Positions 1 to 59,399 of a DNA stretch of 64,000 nt are shown here, piece by piece. Location: the NCBI RefSeq assembly GCF_963921235.1, contig NC_086101.1, positions 3,536,001-3,600,000 on the forward strand, read 5' to 3'. Position 1 is the first letter of the stretch; every line of letters begins with the position of its first letter. The translations under genes were made by a program, and so were the position numbers. The DNA comes from Mobula hypostoma (Eukaryota). A model generated the notes under the pieces. The model did not search any database and was not told the DNA's origin. It saw only the letters and a program-made list of their open reading frames with translations.

Positions 1-445
1 AACTGGACTCTCTGACGGTGGTGTCTGAAAAGAGGATGCTGTCCAAGTTGCATGCCATCTTGGTCAATGTCTCCCATCCACTACATAATGTACTGGGTGG
101 GCACAGGAGTACATTCAGCCAGAGACTCATTCCACCGAGATGCAGCACAGAGCGTCATAGGGAGTCATTCCTGCCTGTGGCCATCAAACTTTACAACTCC
201 TCCCTTGGAGGGTCAGACACCCTGAGCCAATAGGCTGGTCCTGGACTTATTTCATAATTTACTGACATAATTTACATATTACTATTTAACTATTTATTAC
301 TATTTTTCTGTTACTATTCTATTACTAGTTAATATTTCCATGACTATTACAATTTACTAATAGTAATATTACTATTACTATTTATTATTTGTGGTGCAAC
401 TATAACGAAAACCAATTTCCCCCGGGATCAACAAAGTATGACTAT
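1..445 (+). mobile_element. Rex1/Babar-type LINE 3' end
   Basis: ...SHPLH...RC.TER.R.SFLPVAIKLYNSS C-terminus, near-identical to the copy at 60.5-61.2 kb; ends GGGATCAACAAAGTATGACT. Confidence 0.8.
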
Positions 446-727
446 GACTGTGACTGTGACTGTGACTGTGACTGTGACTATGACTGTGACTGTGACTGTG
501 ACTGTGACTGTGACTGTGACTGTGACTGTGAGTGTGACTGTGACTGTGACTGTGACTGTGACTGTGACTGTGACTGTGACTGTGTGACTGTGACTGTGAC
601 TGTGACTGTGACTGTGACTGTGACTGTGTGACTGTGACTGTGACTGTGACTGTGAGACTGTGACTGTGACTGTGACTGTGACTGTGTGACTGTGACTGTG
701 ACTGTGACTGTGACTGTGACTGTGACT
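438..727. repeat. (TGTGAC)n microsatellite
   Basis: Hexamer array read directly, continuous with the LINE tail. Confidence 0.97.
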
Positions 728-939
728 ATCCACACCAGCACATGCCAAAGGAAACTCAGAGCCTGTGTACCCTTGGTGGACGGGTTGGACTTAGTCAGAC
801 GGAGAAAGACTGAGACCATGACCATCAGAACCAAGTCTCCTCTCCTCCCGTCAAGGCGTTTATCTTACCCAGTACCGGGTAAGACCCACCTACCTGGGCA
901 GCATCATTCGGTAGGGTGGGAGGATCAAGGGCCCCATCC

Positions 940-1435
940 AGTGCAGACCCAGCAAAGATAGAAACGACTTCAGGGAAATGAGCAACATATAGGGATCAAC
1001 CAAGTACAGCGCCCACACTGTTGTACGGGTCAGAATGCTGTTGCATGACAGAGAACGACCTTATCAAGTTGTCGTCACTCCACACCACGACCTTCTGGAA
1101 GACCCGCCGTATTTTCTGGCCAAGTAAAAATTTCCAACCACTGCCTAATCTTTCGGTGCCACCGAGGAGACATGGTCACAGTCATCATGAGGAAAGATTG
1201 GTGATGGATTGAGCATGGATGAGAAGAGGGGCCAACTCCATTATCAAGACAGCCCCTGAAGAGCGGAGTAAGCGCTGGAGACCCAGGACAATGGTGCCAT
1301 ACCGTCGGGGCAGAAATGAGTACTCTGAACCGCACCTGGACACAATGGAGAAGATGGCCAAGGACAGACAGGGATGGAGGACCTTCATTGCCGTCCCAAA
1401 CGCCAGGGGCATAACAGGCAGTGACGAGCAAATAA
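940..1435 (+). mobile_element. Degenerate RTE-clade LINE 3' fragment
   Basis: LYGSEC..MT..DL.KLS..HT....RIFWP and ...DRQGWR C-terminal RTE motifs, with frameshifts. Confidence 0.6.
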
Positions 1436-1584
1436 TTTGAAACGGTTTTGTAAGGCCGCCCCGTCCCCCAAGGTCAGTACACGGTGGTTACTCGTCACCG
1501 TTCCCAGCAGAGGGAGAAAGTTGCCGCATTCTTGTCACTTGTCCTCGCTGGGTTAATCTCTATGCTGCCCCGCTTTCCACTCAC

Positions 1585-49438
<47,854 letters not shown>

Positions 49439-49454
49439 TCCTTGGTTGTGGGTG

Positions 49455-49600
49455 CTTCACTTCTGGGAACAAAACTTGGTGAAGAAGGTTAATAGATAAA
49501 CCGTGTAAATACAGCGTCCGAAATCTAATCACCGGGGTCAATGACGATCAAACGTTACGTCATTCAGGACACTGTTTCCTGAACCGTGACTTTCCCCGTC
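49455..49600 (-). promoter_or_regulatory. Putative liver/acute-phase promoter (and 5'UTR) of the Bf/C2 gene
   Basis: STAT-type TTCTGGGAA 49461-49469, HNF1-like GGTTAAT 49487-49493, FOXA-like TGTAAATA 49504-49511, IR1-like GGGTCAATGACG 49535-49546, TTACGTCA 49555-49562, kB-like GTGACTTTCC 49586-49595; motif matches by eye only. Confidence 0.5.
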
Positions 49601-49824
49601 CTTTCTTTCTCCCTGCTGCGTCTCTACTCGCCGTTTCACCGACCTTTCCGTCCAGTAACGCCTCGAATTCGAAACTCTTCTCTGGGCTCTCAAATCATTC
49701 CTTTCTCTGTCGGGGTATCGTCTTCATATCTCCATCGCTATGGCCCTCTCTGTCTTTGTAACTTCCCCCACTCATTTTACGGTCCCCAGAGTCTCTGTGT
49801 ACCCTATCTGTCCCCAACGCCCAT

Positions 49825-49945
49825 TCCCGCCTCTGTAACCCACCACAAGCTCCTACACCCGTCCCCGCCTCTGTAACCCACCACAAGCTCCTACACCCGT
49901 CCCCGCCTCTGTAACCCACCGCTGGCTCCTACACCCGCCCCTATT
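49825..49945. repeat. 38 bp tandem repeat (3 copies) with GC-boxes in the intergenic spacer
   Basis: Unit CCCCGCCTCTGTAACCCACCACAAGCTCCTACACCCGT. Confidence 0.88.
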
Positions 49946-50099
49946 TCTGTAAATGCTTCCTGCCCACACATTCCTGTCTGTCTCTGCAGTCACCTCCGGC
50001 CCTTACACTCATCCCTGTCTATGCACTTCCGTCTCTGAAAACCATCCGGCCCCTACGCAGTAACAACACCTCCCCACGGCTGGAATGGAAACATTTTAG

Positions 50100-50105
50100 T
50101 TTAAT
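50100..50105 (-). terminator. Putative polyadenylation signal ATTAAA of the upstream paralog
   Basis: ATTAAA on the minus strand 21 nt after the stop codon. Confidence 0.5.
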
Positions 50106-50126
50106 GCCGTTTGTCCAGTAGTTGTG

Positions 50127-50309
50127 TTAGTCCTGGTTTGTATATGTTGTAGCACTGAATTTGTGATGAAGATATTTTGTGGAAAAAAAAAGCCGTTTCC
50201 TGAACCACGGCTGCACCTTGAACAGGTTGATGTGGAAATCGCGGGCACTGTTCCAGTCGGGATTAGAGTTTGTACACACGTCTGTCGCTACCCAGCTCAC
50301 CACAGCCAC
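50127..50309 (-). CDS. Terminal exon (exon 18 equivalent) of an upstream Bf/C2 paralog (VAVVSWVATDVCTNSNPDWNSARDFHINLFKVQPWFRKRL...*)
   Basis: TGCAG| acceptor, RDFHINLF signature, TAA stop; SWG replaced by SWV. Confidence 0.88.
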   Translation of the reverse strand: MAVVSWVATDVCTNSNPDWNSARDFHINLFKVQPWFRKRLFFSTKYLHHKFSATTYTNQD

Positions 50310-50429
50310 CTGCAGAGAGCAGAAGAGACGCGCCGTCAGAATCAGCCAAGGTTAACAATAAATACAACAGATTCTACAGAAGCTGTAAATCCAGAGAAAC
50401 ACACACAAAATGCTGGAGGTCAGGTAGCG

Positions 50430-51095
50430 TTAGATTAGATTATGAGGAGACTCAGTCCTCGTTTATTGTCATTTAGAAATGCATGCATTAAAAATGATAC
50501 AATGTTCTTCCAGAATGATATCACAAAAAGCACTGGCCAAACCAAGACTAAAACTGACAAAACCACATCATTACAACATATAGTTACAACCGTGCAAAGC
50601 AAGACCGTAATTTGATAAAGAGCAGACCATGGGCACGGTAAAAAAAAGTCTCAAAGTCGCGATAGCCCCAACATCTCACGCAGACGGTAGAAGGGAGAAA
50701 CTCTCCTTGCCATGAATCTCCAAGCGCCGCAAACTTGTCGATGCATTGGAAGCACCCGACCGCAGTCGAATCTGAGTCCGTCCGAAAATTTCGAGCCTCC
50801 GACCAACCCTCTGACACCGATAACCAAGCACCATCCTCTGCCGAGCGCTTTGACCCCGCCCCGGCCGCCGAGCAACAAGAAAAGCCGAGGACTCGGGGCC
50901 TTCCCCTCCGGAGATTCTGGATCACACAGTAGCAGCGGCAGTGAAACAGGCATTTCAGAAGTTTCACCAAATGTTCCTCCGCGCTCTCACGTCTGTCTCC
51001 ATCAAATCAGGATTGTGCACGGCACCCTTCTTGACAGATAACAGATATCACCACCGGAGCGGCCGCTGTGAGCCGCGTCGCGCCGCCATCTTCTC
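50430..51095 (-). mobile_element. Non-autonomous retroelement with an AAGATGGCG 5' end and a (TCTAA)n tail
   Basis: YY1-like 5' motif, AATAAA and a tandem tail; inserted into a Penelope fragment (~51100-51830, minus strand). Confidence 0.55.
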
Positions 51096-52184
51096 CTCGC
51101 GCATCTATGGAACTGAATAAACAGTCCATATTTCGGGCTGAGACCCTTCTTCAGGACTGGAAAGGAAGGGAGAAGGCACCAGAATAAAACGGTGGGAGGA
51201 AGAAGAAGGACAAACTGAAAGATAACAGGTGAAACCAGGTAGACGGGGGAGGGGAATGAAGTACATGGAATGTGATAGGTGGAAGAGGCAAAGGGATGAT
51301 GAAGAAGGAATCTGATAGGAGAGAAGTTTGGGCCATGGCTGAAAGGGAAGTAGGAGGATAACCGGGGGAAGTGGGGGCATATGTGGAGAAGAGATAAGCG
51401 GGGAGGGGAAACTGAAGAAGAGGGAAGGGGAGAAGGGAAATTTATCAGGTTAGAGAAATTGATGTTCATGCCGTCAAGCTGGAGGCTACCCAGATGGTAT
51501 ATGAGGTGTTGTTCCAATATGAGAGTGGCCTCATCGTAGCCGAAGTGGAGGCCATGTCCTGAAATGTCAGAATGGGAATGTTGATTGGAATTAAAATGGT
51601 TGGCTACCAGGAAATCCTGCTGATTTACGGATAGAGGGAATGTACTCGATAAAGTGGTCCCCCAGTCTACATTAAGTGTCACCAATGTAGAGGAAGCCAT
51701 GCCGGCGGTACTGAACGCAGCAGACGACGCCAGCCAATTTGCAGGTGAAGTGTTTCCTCACTTGGAAGGACTGTGACTGGAGGTGAGGGAGGAAGTGAAT
51801 GGGCAGGTGTAGCACTTCAGCATGCTGGGATAAGTGCATGCAGGGAGATGAGTGAGAGGGTTAACAAGCTGCCAGACTGAGGACGTTGAGGGGAGGGGGA
51901 GCGCGTTGGGATTTATGATGAGGGTGACAGTAAGGGGTACAAGTTGTTGTAGGTGAGTGAACCAGGGCCAGGGTGCTTTGGGTGTCGAGGAAGAGAGCTG
52001 AGGGGTTTGGAGACAGCACGTGGGTTGTGTGGAATGTAGCTGGCTTTCAGGAGGTCCCCTGCCGTCGCTGGGGGTTCTAGGCAGGCTGGGTCACATTCCC
52101 CACTCAGCCGACGGCTGCTCTGCAGTCTGTTCCTCCTGCTCACTCATTCCCCGATCCGATTGCCTTTCGTCGGGCAAGACTCAC

Positions 52185-52234
52185 CTGGAAGAACCGTCTC
52201 TTCTTCTTGATGAGTAGCGGCCCTCCCGAGTCAC
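52185..52234 (-). CDS. Exon 17 equivalent of the upstream Bf/C2 paralog, catalytic Ser (GDSGGPLLIKKKRRFFQ); possibly pseudogenised
   Basis: 50 nt, |GTGAGT donor, phase 0 matching 50309; acceptor reads TTGTTTCCCCG| (CG, not AG). Confidence 0.85.
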
Positions 52235-52789
52235 CGGGGAAACAAGAAGGTTAACTTGCAGCTTGAGTAAGCAAAGCAAATGCAATGCTAGCAGCCATTT
52301 CCAGAGGATGGAATATAAAAGCAGGGGATCTTGGAATGAAAGGGTTTGATGTTTCGGGGCCTGTACTCGTTGGAATTCAGAAGAATGGGGGAGGTTCTCA
52401 TGGAAGTGTATCGAATGTTGAAAGGCCTGGATAGAGTGGATGTTGGGAGGATGTTTCTTATAGTGGGGGGGGGGGCGGGGGAGTATAGGACCAGAGGGCA
52501 CAGCCTCAGAATCGAGGGCGATCATTTAGAAGAGATATGAGGAAGGATTTCGTTAGCTCGAAGGATTAATTGGCACAGATGCCTGTGGATGTCAAGTCAT
52601 TGGGTATATTTAAAACGGAGGTTGGTAGGTTCTGGATTAATCAGGGTATCAAAGGCTACGGGGAGAAGGCAGGAGAATGAGGTTGAGAGGATTAATAAAT
52701 CACACGTGATGGAATGGATGGGCAGGCTCGATAGGTTGAATGGCCTAATTCTGCTCCTGTGTCTTATGGTGTTAAGAGCCAAGAGACGG

Positions 52790-53580
52790 GCTGCTGGTCC
52801 AGGCTCAGTACACTGATCCCACCCATGTGGGTGGTGCGTCTCTCTCAGCAATGACTCACTGCTGCTGCACTGGCCCGGACAATCCAGGAAATAGTTGGAA
52901 TGACTCCCCCATGCCAAACGCCTTCACACGGACATACGTAGCGGGCAAAGAGTTTGTTTCAGTTCAGACTACCGCTGATGTAACGATAGTGGAACTGCCT
53001 GGTACTTTTCGGGCCACGGGAGAGTTCAGGCCGCCGTGGTTTGTCCATACTTTCCGGGAGGAGGGGTGAAGACGAGCGTGCCGAATCGAAAGCCCAGTTT
53101 CCTGTAGCCGGAGGCGGCGACTTCAAAGACAAGTTGCTGTCGTTTCTGCGGAGCGAGGGGAAGGAGTGGTCTGATGTAATAGGTCTAATGAGTGTTCCAG
53201 AGTGGGTGAGCATTCTGAGTTGGATCGTCCTTTCCCTCCCTGGAGAACAAATAACAAAATGCCTAGGTTCAAACTCCCAGCTATCGTAGGCTCAGCATGT
53301 TCTCAGAAATGGAGCCCATCTCTAAAGGGGAAGAGGACTATAAGACTTGGACAGAGTGACCTCTCAGATGCTGGATGAGCGGCAATGCTGAGATGACGTA
53401 AAGGGAAAGCGATTGGTAGAGAGTTTGAGGGGGCGGGCTGCTGACGTACTGAGATCCTTAAAGACACAGAACCCCTTTGCTACCTCTGTGGGCTAATTGC
53501 AAGCGCTGGAAAATGTTTCTGGCATGACGGGAAGCCCAATGGAGCTTATGACGGGGCTTCAGAGCATGTTTCAGGAGAAG
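52790..53580 (+). mobile_element. Degenerate Gypsy gag (PNMA-like) fragment, followed by an LTR-like segment to ~54185
   Basis: DFKDKLLSFLRSEGK, YRRL..FS...GEEDY..W, KRLVESLRG.AAD; stops and frameshifts. Confidence 0.7.
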
Positions 53581-54194
53581 GGTTCACGGTCCGGTCCGTG
53601 GACACAGGGCTCCGGGTCTTCCGGCTGTCCCTTCTTTCATTTGGGCTTAATCATAGGCACCTGATGCTCGTCTTGGGGCTGGGAATATAAGTGGCCCTGG
53701 GTTCGAGTGTGGTTGCTGGTTTGTCTCGTCAGCATCCCGTCCTCACCTTCGTGGGGTAAGTCAGGCCGTCTTTGCCGTTACCCTGAGGCTGAACTGTACC
53801 CTTCCCTTTCCCTTCCTTCTGAAGCCTTCCCTGCAACCTGCGTCTGGAGCCTTGCCCGCAACCTGTGTCAAGTTCTACCACTAGAGCGAGACCGGAGCCT
53901 TGCTGTGTCAAGGTAAGGAACTGTCTATCGTTGAGTTAGAACTATCTCTGTGTCTACGCCTTCGCTACGTATGTCCGGCCGTTTGCTGCTACCTAGTTTT
54001 GGGATCTGTCTCGTTGTGTTCAGCATTCTGTGTAGAGCCCCGGCCCCAAGTCCTTTTCCAAAGGAAGAGTCCTGGCTCTGTGTTTCGTGTACGAGTCCCG
54101 GTTTCACCTGTCAGCTTCTATATTGTCTTCCTTCTTCTCGCTCCCACCTCTGGCATCGTCCCCCTTCATTTCCAGTCCTGGCGAAGGCAGCATA

Positions 54195-56180
54195 GATGCC
54201 AGCATTTTAAGATCCACAAACTTGCCTGTCCAGGCAGACCCATTGTCTCAGCTTGCTCCTGCCACACCGAACTCATTTCTACATTCCTCGACACTGCTTT
54301 ATCCCCCTTTGTTCAATCCCTTCCTACCTATGTTCGTGACACTTCTCACGCTCTGAATTATTTTCAATGATTTTAAGTTCCCTTTATTTTCACCATGGAA
54401 GTCCAGTCCCTATATACTTCCATCCCCCACCAGGAAGGTCTCAAAGCTCAACGCTTCTTTTTGGATTCCAGACCTAACCAGTTCCCCTCTACCACCACTC
54501 TGCTCCGTCTAGCGGAATTAGTTCTTACTCTTAATTTCTCCTTTGGCTCCTCCCACTTCCTCCAAGATAAAGGTGTAGCCATGGGCACCTGTACAGGTCA
54601 CAGCCATGCCTGCCTTTTTGCTGGCTTTGTGGAACAATCCATGTTCCAATGCTATACTGGTATCTGTCCCCCACTTTTCCTTCGCTACATCGACGACTGC
54701 ATTGGCGCTGCTTCCTGCACGCATGCTGTGTTCGTTGACCTCATTAACTTTGCCTCCAACTTTCACCCTGCCCTCAAGTTTACCTGGTCCATTTCCGACA
54801 CCTCCCTCCCCTTTCTAGATCTTTCTGTCTCTGTATCTAGAGACAGCTTATCCACTGATGTCTACTATAAGCCTACGGACTCTCACAACTACCTGGACTA
54901 TTCCTCTTCTCACCCTGTCTCTTCCAAAAATGCCATCACCTTCTCGCAATTCCTCCGTCTCCGCCGCATCTGTTCTCAGGATGAGGCTTTTCATTCCAGG
55001 ACGAAGGCGATGTCCTCCTTTTTTCAAAGAAAGGGGCTTCCCTTCCTCCACCATCAACTCTGCTCTCAAACGCATCTCTCCCATTTCACGCACATCTGCT
55101 CTCACCCCATCCTCCCGCCACCCCACAGGAATAGGGTTCCCCTTGTCCTCACAAACCACCCCACCAGCCTTCGGGTCCAACATGTAATTCTCCGTAACTT
55201 CCGCCACCTCCAACAGGATCCCACCAGAAGCACATCTTCCCCCCACTCCCTTCTGCTTTCCTCAAGGATCGCTTCCTACGCGATTCCCTTGTCCATTCCC
55301 CCCCACCCCCCACCATCCCTTCCCACCGATCTCCCTCCCGGCACTTATCCTTGTAAGCAGAACAAGTGCTACACATGCCCTTACACTTCCTCCCTAACTA
55401 CCATTCAGGGCCCCAGGCAGTCCTTCCAGGTGAGGCGACACTTCACCCGTGAGTCAACTGGGGTGGTATACTGCGTCCGGTGCTCCCGATGTGGCCTTCT
55501 ATATATTGACGAGACCCGACGCAGACTGGGAGACCGTTTCGCTGAACACCTACGCTCTGTCCGCCAGAGAAAGCAAGATCTCCCAGTGGCTACACATTTT
55601 AATTCCACGTCCCATTCCCATTCTGACATGTCTATCCACCGCCTCCCCTACTGTAAAGATGAAGCCACACTCAGGTTGGAGAAACAACACCTTATATTCC
55701 GTCTGGGTAGCCTCCAACCTGATGGCATGAACATTGACTTCTCTAACTTTCAATAATGCCCCCCTCCCCTTCGTATCCCATCCCTTACTTATTTATTTTT
55801 ATTATTAATTTTTCCCCTTTTCCCCCTTTTTTCTTTCTCTGTTTTCTACCTTTGTTCCTCTCACTATAACTCCTTGCCCATCCTCTGGGATCCCCCTCCT
55901 CCTTTCTTTCTCCCTAGGCCTCCCCTCCCATGATCCTCTCCCTTCTCCAGCCTCGTATCCCTTTTGCCAATCAACTTTCCATCTCTGAGCTCCATCCCTC
56001 CCCCTGCTGTCTTCTCCTATCATTTCGGATCTCCCCTCTCCTTCCAACTTTCAAATCTCTTACTATCTCTTCTTTCAGTTAGCCCTGACGAAGGGTCTCG
56101 GCCCGAATCGTTGACTGTACCCCTTCCTATAGATGCTGCCTGGCCTGCTGCGTTGATCATCATTTTTGTGTGTGTGTTGC
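54195..56180 (+). mobile_element. Penelope-like retroelement (RT + GIY-YIG endonuclease), 5'-truncated and frameshifted
   Basis: KIHK...PGRPIVS, SLYTSIPH, GVAMG, RYIDD, FLD, CxxCxxC, GVVY...YIDETRRRL.DRF.EH. Confidence 0.92.
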
Positions 56181-56181
56181 T

Positions 56182-58095
56182 TGAACATCCTTGTAAACCT
56201 CCTCTGCACCCTCTCTATAGTATCCACATCCTTCTTGTAATGAGGTGACCAGAACTGAACACAGTACTCCAAACAGGGTCTACCTGAAGTCTTATATAGC
56301 TGTAACATTACCTCACGGCTCTTGTGCTCAATCCCTCGGTTGATGAAGGCCAACATACCGTACGTCTTAACAACACTGTCAACCTGCGCAGCAGCTTTGA
56401 GTGTCCTTTGGACATGGACCCCAAGATCTTACTGATCTTTCACACTGCTAAGCGTCTTACCATTAATATTATATTCTGCCTTCAAATGTGACCCTCGGAA
56501 ATGAGTCACTGCTCATTTATTTGGTTTGAACTCAATCTACCACTTCTCAGCCCAGATCTGCATCAGACCGATGTCCCGCTGTAAACTCCGACAACCTTGC
56601 AGACTATCCACAACACGCTTAGCTTTTGTATCATCAGCAAACTTACTAACCCACACTTCTGCTTCCCCATCCAGGACATTTATAAAACTCACAAAGAGGA
56701 GGTGTCCTGGAACAGATCCCTGCAGAACAGCACTGGTCACAGACCTCCGTGCAGAATACGAACCATCCACAACTACCCTTTGCCTTTGGTGGTCAACCCA
56801 GTTCTGGATCCACAAAGCAAGGTCTGCTTGAGTCCATGGCTCATTACTTTCTGAATGAGCCTCGCATGAGGAACCTTATCAAATGCGTTTCTGAAATCCA
56901 TATGCACTACGTCCACTGCTCTTCGTCCATCAATGTAGCCTCAAAGATTTTAATCAGGGTCGTAAGACATGAAAAAGCCATGTTGACTAATCTCTAATCA
57001 GATTATGTCTCTCCAACTGCTAAGAAATCCTGCCTCTCAAGATCTTCTGGAATAACTTGCCCATCACTGAAGTAAGACTCACTGGTCCATAATTTTCTGG
57101 GTTATCACTGCTTCCTTCCCTGAACTACGGAACAACGTTTGTAGCCTTCCAATACTTTGGTACTTCTCCCGTCACTATTAATGATGCAAAGACCATCACA
57201 AGAGGCTCAACAATTTCCTCCCTCGCTTCCCACTGTAGCCTGGGATACATCTTGTCCAGTCCCGGCGACTTATCTAACTCACTACCCAGCACATCTATTT
57301 CTTAATGTCTACACACTCAATCGTTTCAGTCCGCTTTAAGTCATCCCCACAACTGCCAAGTTCCTTTGCAGTGGTGAATACTGAAGCAAAGTATTCATTA
57401 TGTACCTTCACTACATTCCCCAGCTCCACGCACATTGCTTCCAATCTCACTCCTGACTGGTTTTATACTCACACGGCGTGTTGTCTTCCTCTTCACATAC
57501 TCGCAGAATGCCTTGGGGTTGTCCTGAATCCTATTGGCTAATGCCTTCTCATTGACAATTCTTGCTATCCTAATTCCATTCTTGACCTCCTTCCTGGCAC
57601 CCCTGTGATTATCTGGAGCTCTAATAATACCTAGTTTCTTGAATCTTTCGTAAGTTTTTCTTTTCTTCTTAGCTCGATTTTCTACATCCCTTTGCACACC
57701 ACGGTTTACCCTACCATCCCTTCCCTGCCTCAGTGGCACGTATCTATGAAGAACACCTTGCAAATGTTCCCTGAACATTTATCACATTTCTGCCGTGCAT
57801 TTCCCTCAGAACATCTGCTCCCAATTTATGTTCCCAAGTCCCTGCCTAATAGCATCATATTTTCCCCTAGACCAGTTAATTTTTTTCTCAAATTTTCTGC
57901 TCCTACCCCTCTCCAGCGCTATGGTAAAGGAGATAGAGTTGTGATCACAACCTCCAATCTTCTCTCCCACGGACCAGGTTCGTATTCCAATAGCAGATCA
58001 AGTACAGCCTCCTCTAGATATTGCGTCAGGAAATCTTCCTAAACACAACTAACAAACTCCACCCCATCTAAACCCCTTGCTCTAAGGAGATGCCA
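56182..58095 (-). mobile_element. Degenerate CR1 LINE
   Basis: SKFADDTK, LEYCVQFWSPHY, HEKALA.RI..NPK motifs. Confidence 0.85.
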
Positions 58096-58527
58096 GTCCC
58101 ATGGTTTTATCATAGTAGTAGGGTAGAGGACTGAAATGTCGGAATGGGAACGTGAAGTCGAATTTAAACGGATGGCCACTGGGAATTCTGCCTATTGTGA
58201 TAGATGGAGCGAACCCCGCGTTCTTCCTCTTTACTACGAATCAAAGTCCTTGTCCTGAAGAGTTGACTATCTATTCCATTCGTTAGATGCTCCCTGACCT
58301 GCCGATTACCTGCAGCATTTTCTGTGTTGCTCTGGAAGGTTAACTCTGTCCTTCAGTTCATATATGGTGCCTGACCTGCCCAGTGCACTCTCTGCAGAGG
58401 GAGGTTAGCGTCCAAGTTTATATCTCCCTGACGGTAGCTACACAGGTTGATAGGCTGGTTCAGAAATGTTATGGGTCCACAGTTTTGATTCCTGTGGATG
58501 TTACGTGATATTAGTTTCATTTACGAA

Positions 58528-59388
58528 GGCTACGTCCACACTCGACCGCATAAATCCGTAACCGAAGCTTTTTCTCTTCGTTTTGGCCCTCCGTCCGCAT
58601 TGAAATGATGTTTTACTCTCCCAAAAACGGAATTTTCGGAAACGTTCTCCAGAGTGAACGAATCTGAAAACGCCTAAAAACCAGCGTAGTGTGTACGGGC
58701 TAACCGGCTATTTCTAAAACCGCTGTCATGACGTGCCGGAACAAATGGTGGCGGCAGCGCAACATTTCATTGTTTTCTTCAACGCAACCTCCAACACCAC
58801 AACAACAATATCTGACAATAGATGAGTAACAGCCGAATGTAACATTGTATGGAAATACAAGATAAAACTGATGCAGACATGTTTTATACATTTAACAAGG
58901 TGCTTTATTAATGTATTGCTTGTGCAAACATTCAATAGATGCAATTGTCACTTTTGCCCAGTAACTCGTTTTATGGCAAAAAAAGGCATAAAACGAGTTA
59001 CTGGGCAAAAGAGGAAATGAGGAAACAGCAAATTTCACTTTTGCCCAGTAACAAACCTCATTGCATTTAGTTGCAGCTGTCATCCCTTTCATCGGTGAAG
59101 AGACTATGGCTGCAGGAAATGTTTCTGGACAAACGCGCACGAAGTCTTTCTTTTGGCAATTTCGTTTTAAGTTTTTCTAGTCTGTAACTGGACAAACACG
59201 CACCAAATATACCGTTTCCTCTTCGCTTGTTTTCTGTGTGTCCTGCGCATGGCCGGTAGGAGGAGATTCGCCCAAGTATCCGTTTTAATGCAGACAGAGG
59301 TATTTTCAAAAACGCCTAGTGTGGACGCCTGTCGTTTTTATGCAAAACCGGCGTTTTCAAAATTATCCTGTCTAGTGCGGACGATGTA
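58528..59388. mobile_element. Non-autonomous DNA transposon (PIF/Harbinger-like termini)
   Basis: Left GGCTACGTCCACACTCGACCGCATAAAT pairs imperfectly with right ATTATCCTGTCTAGTGCGGACG; internal subterminal GTCCACAC-like repeats. Confidence 0.6.
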
Positions 59389-59399
59389 TCTACAGTCTT

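Noticed and set aside
1..1584. Search for Bf/C2 exon 16 (FLC.G...CKG)
   Set aside because: Not found; this stretch is LINE and microsatellite sequence, so exons 16-18 presumably lie outside the window.
54395..55756. 453 aa ORF as an intact or domesticated RT-endonuclease gene
   Set aside because: 5'-truncated, with an internal out-of-frame segment and a substitution in the GIY-YIG motif (YID instead of YIG); a decaying Penelope copy.
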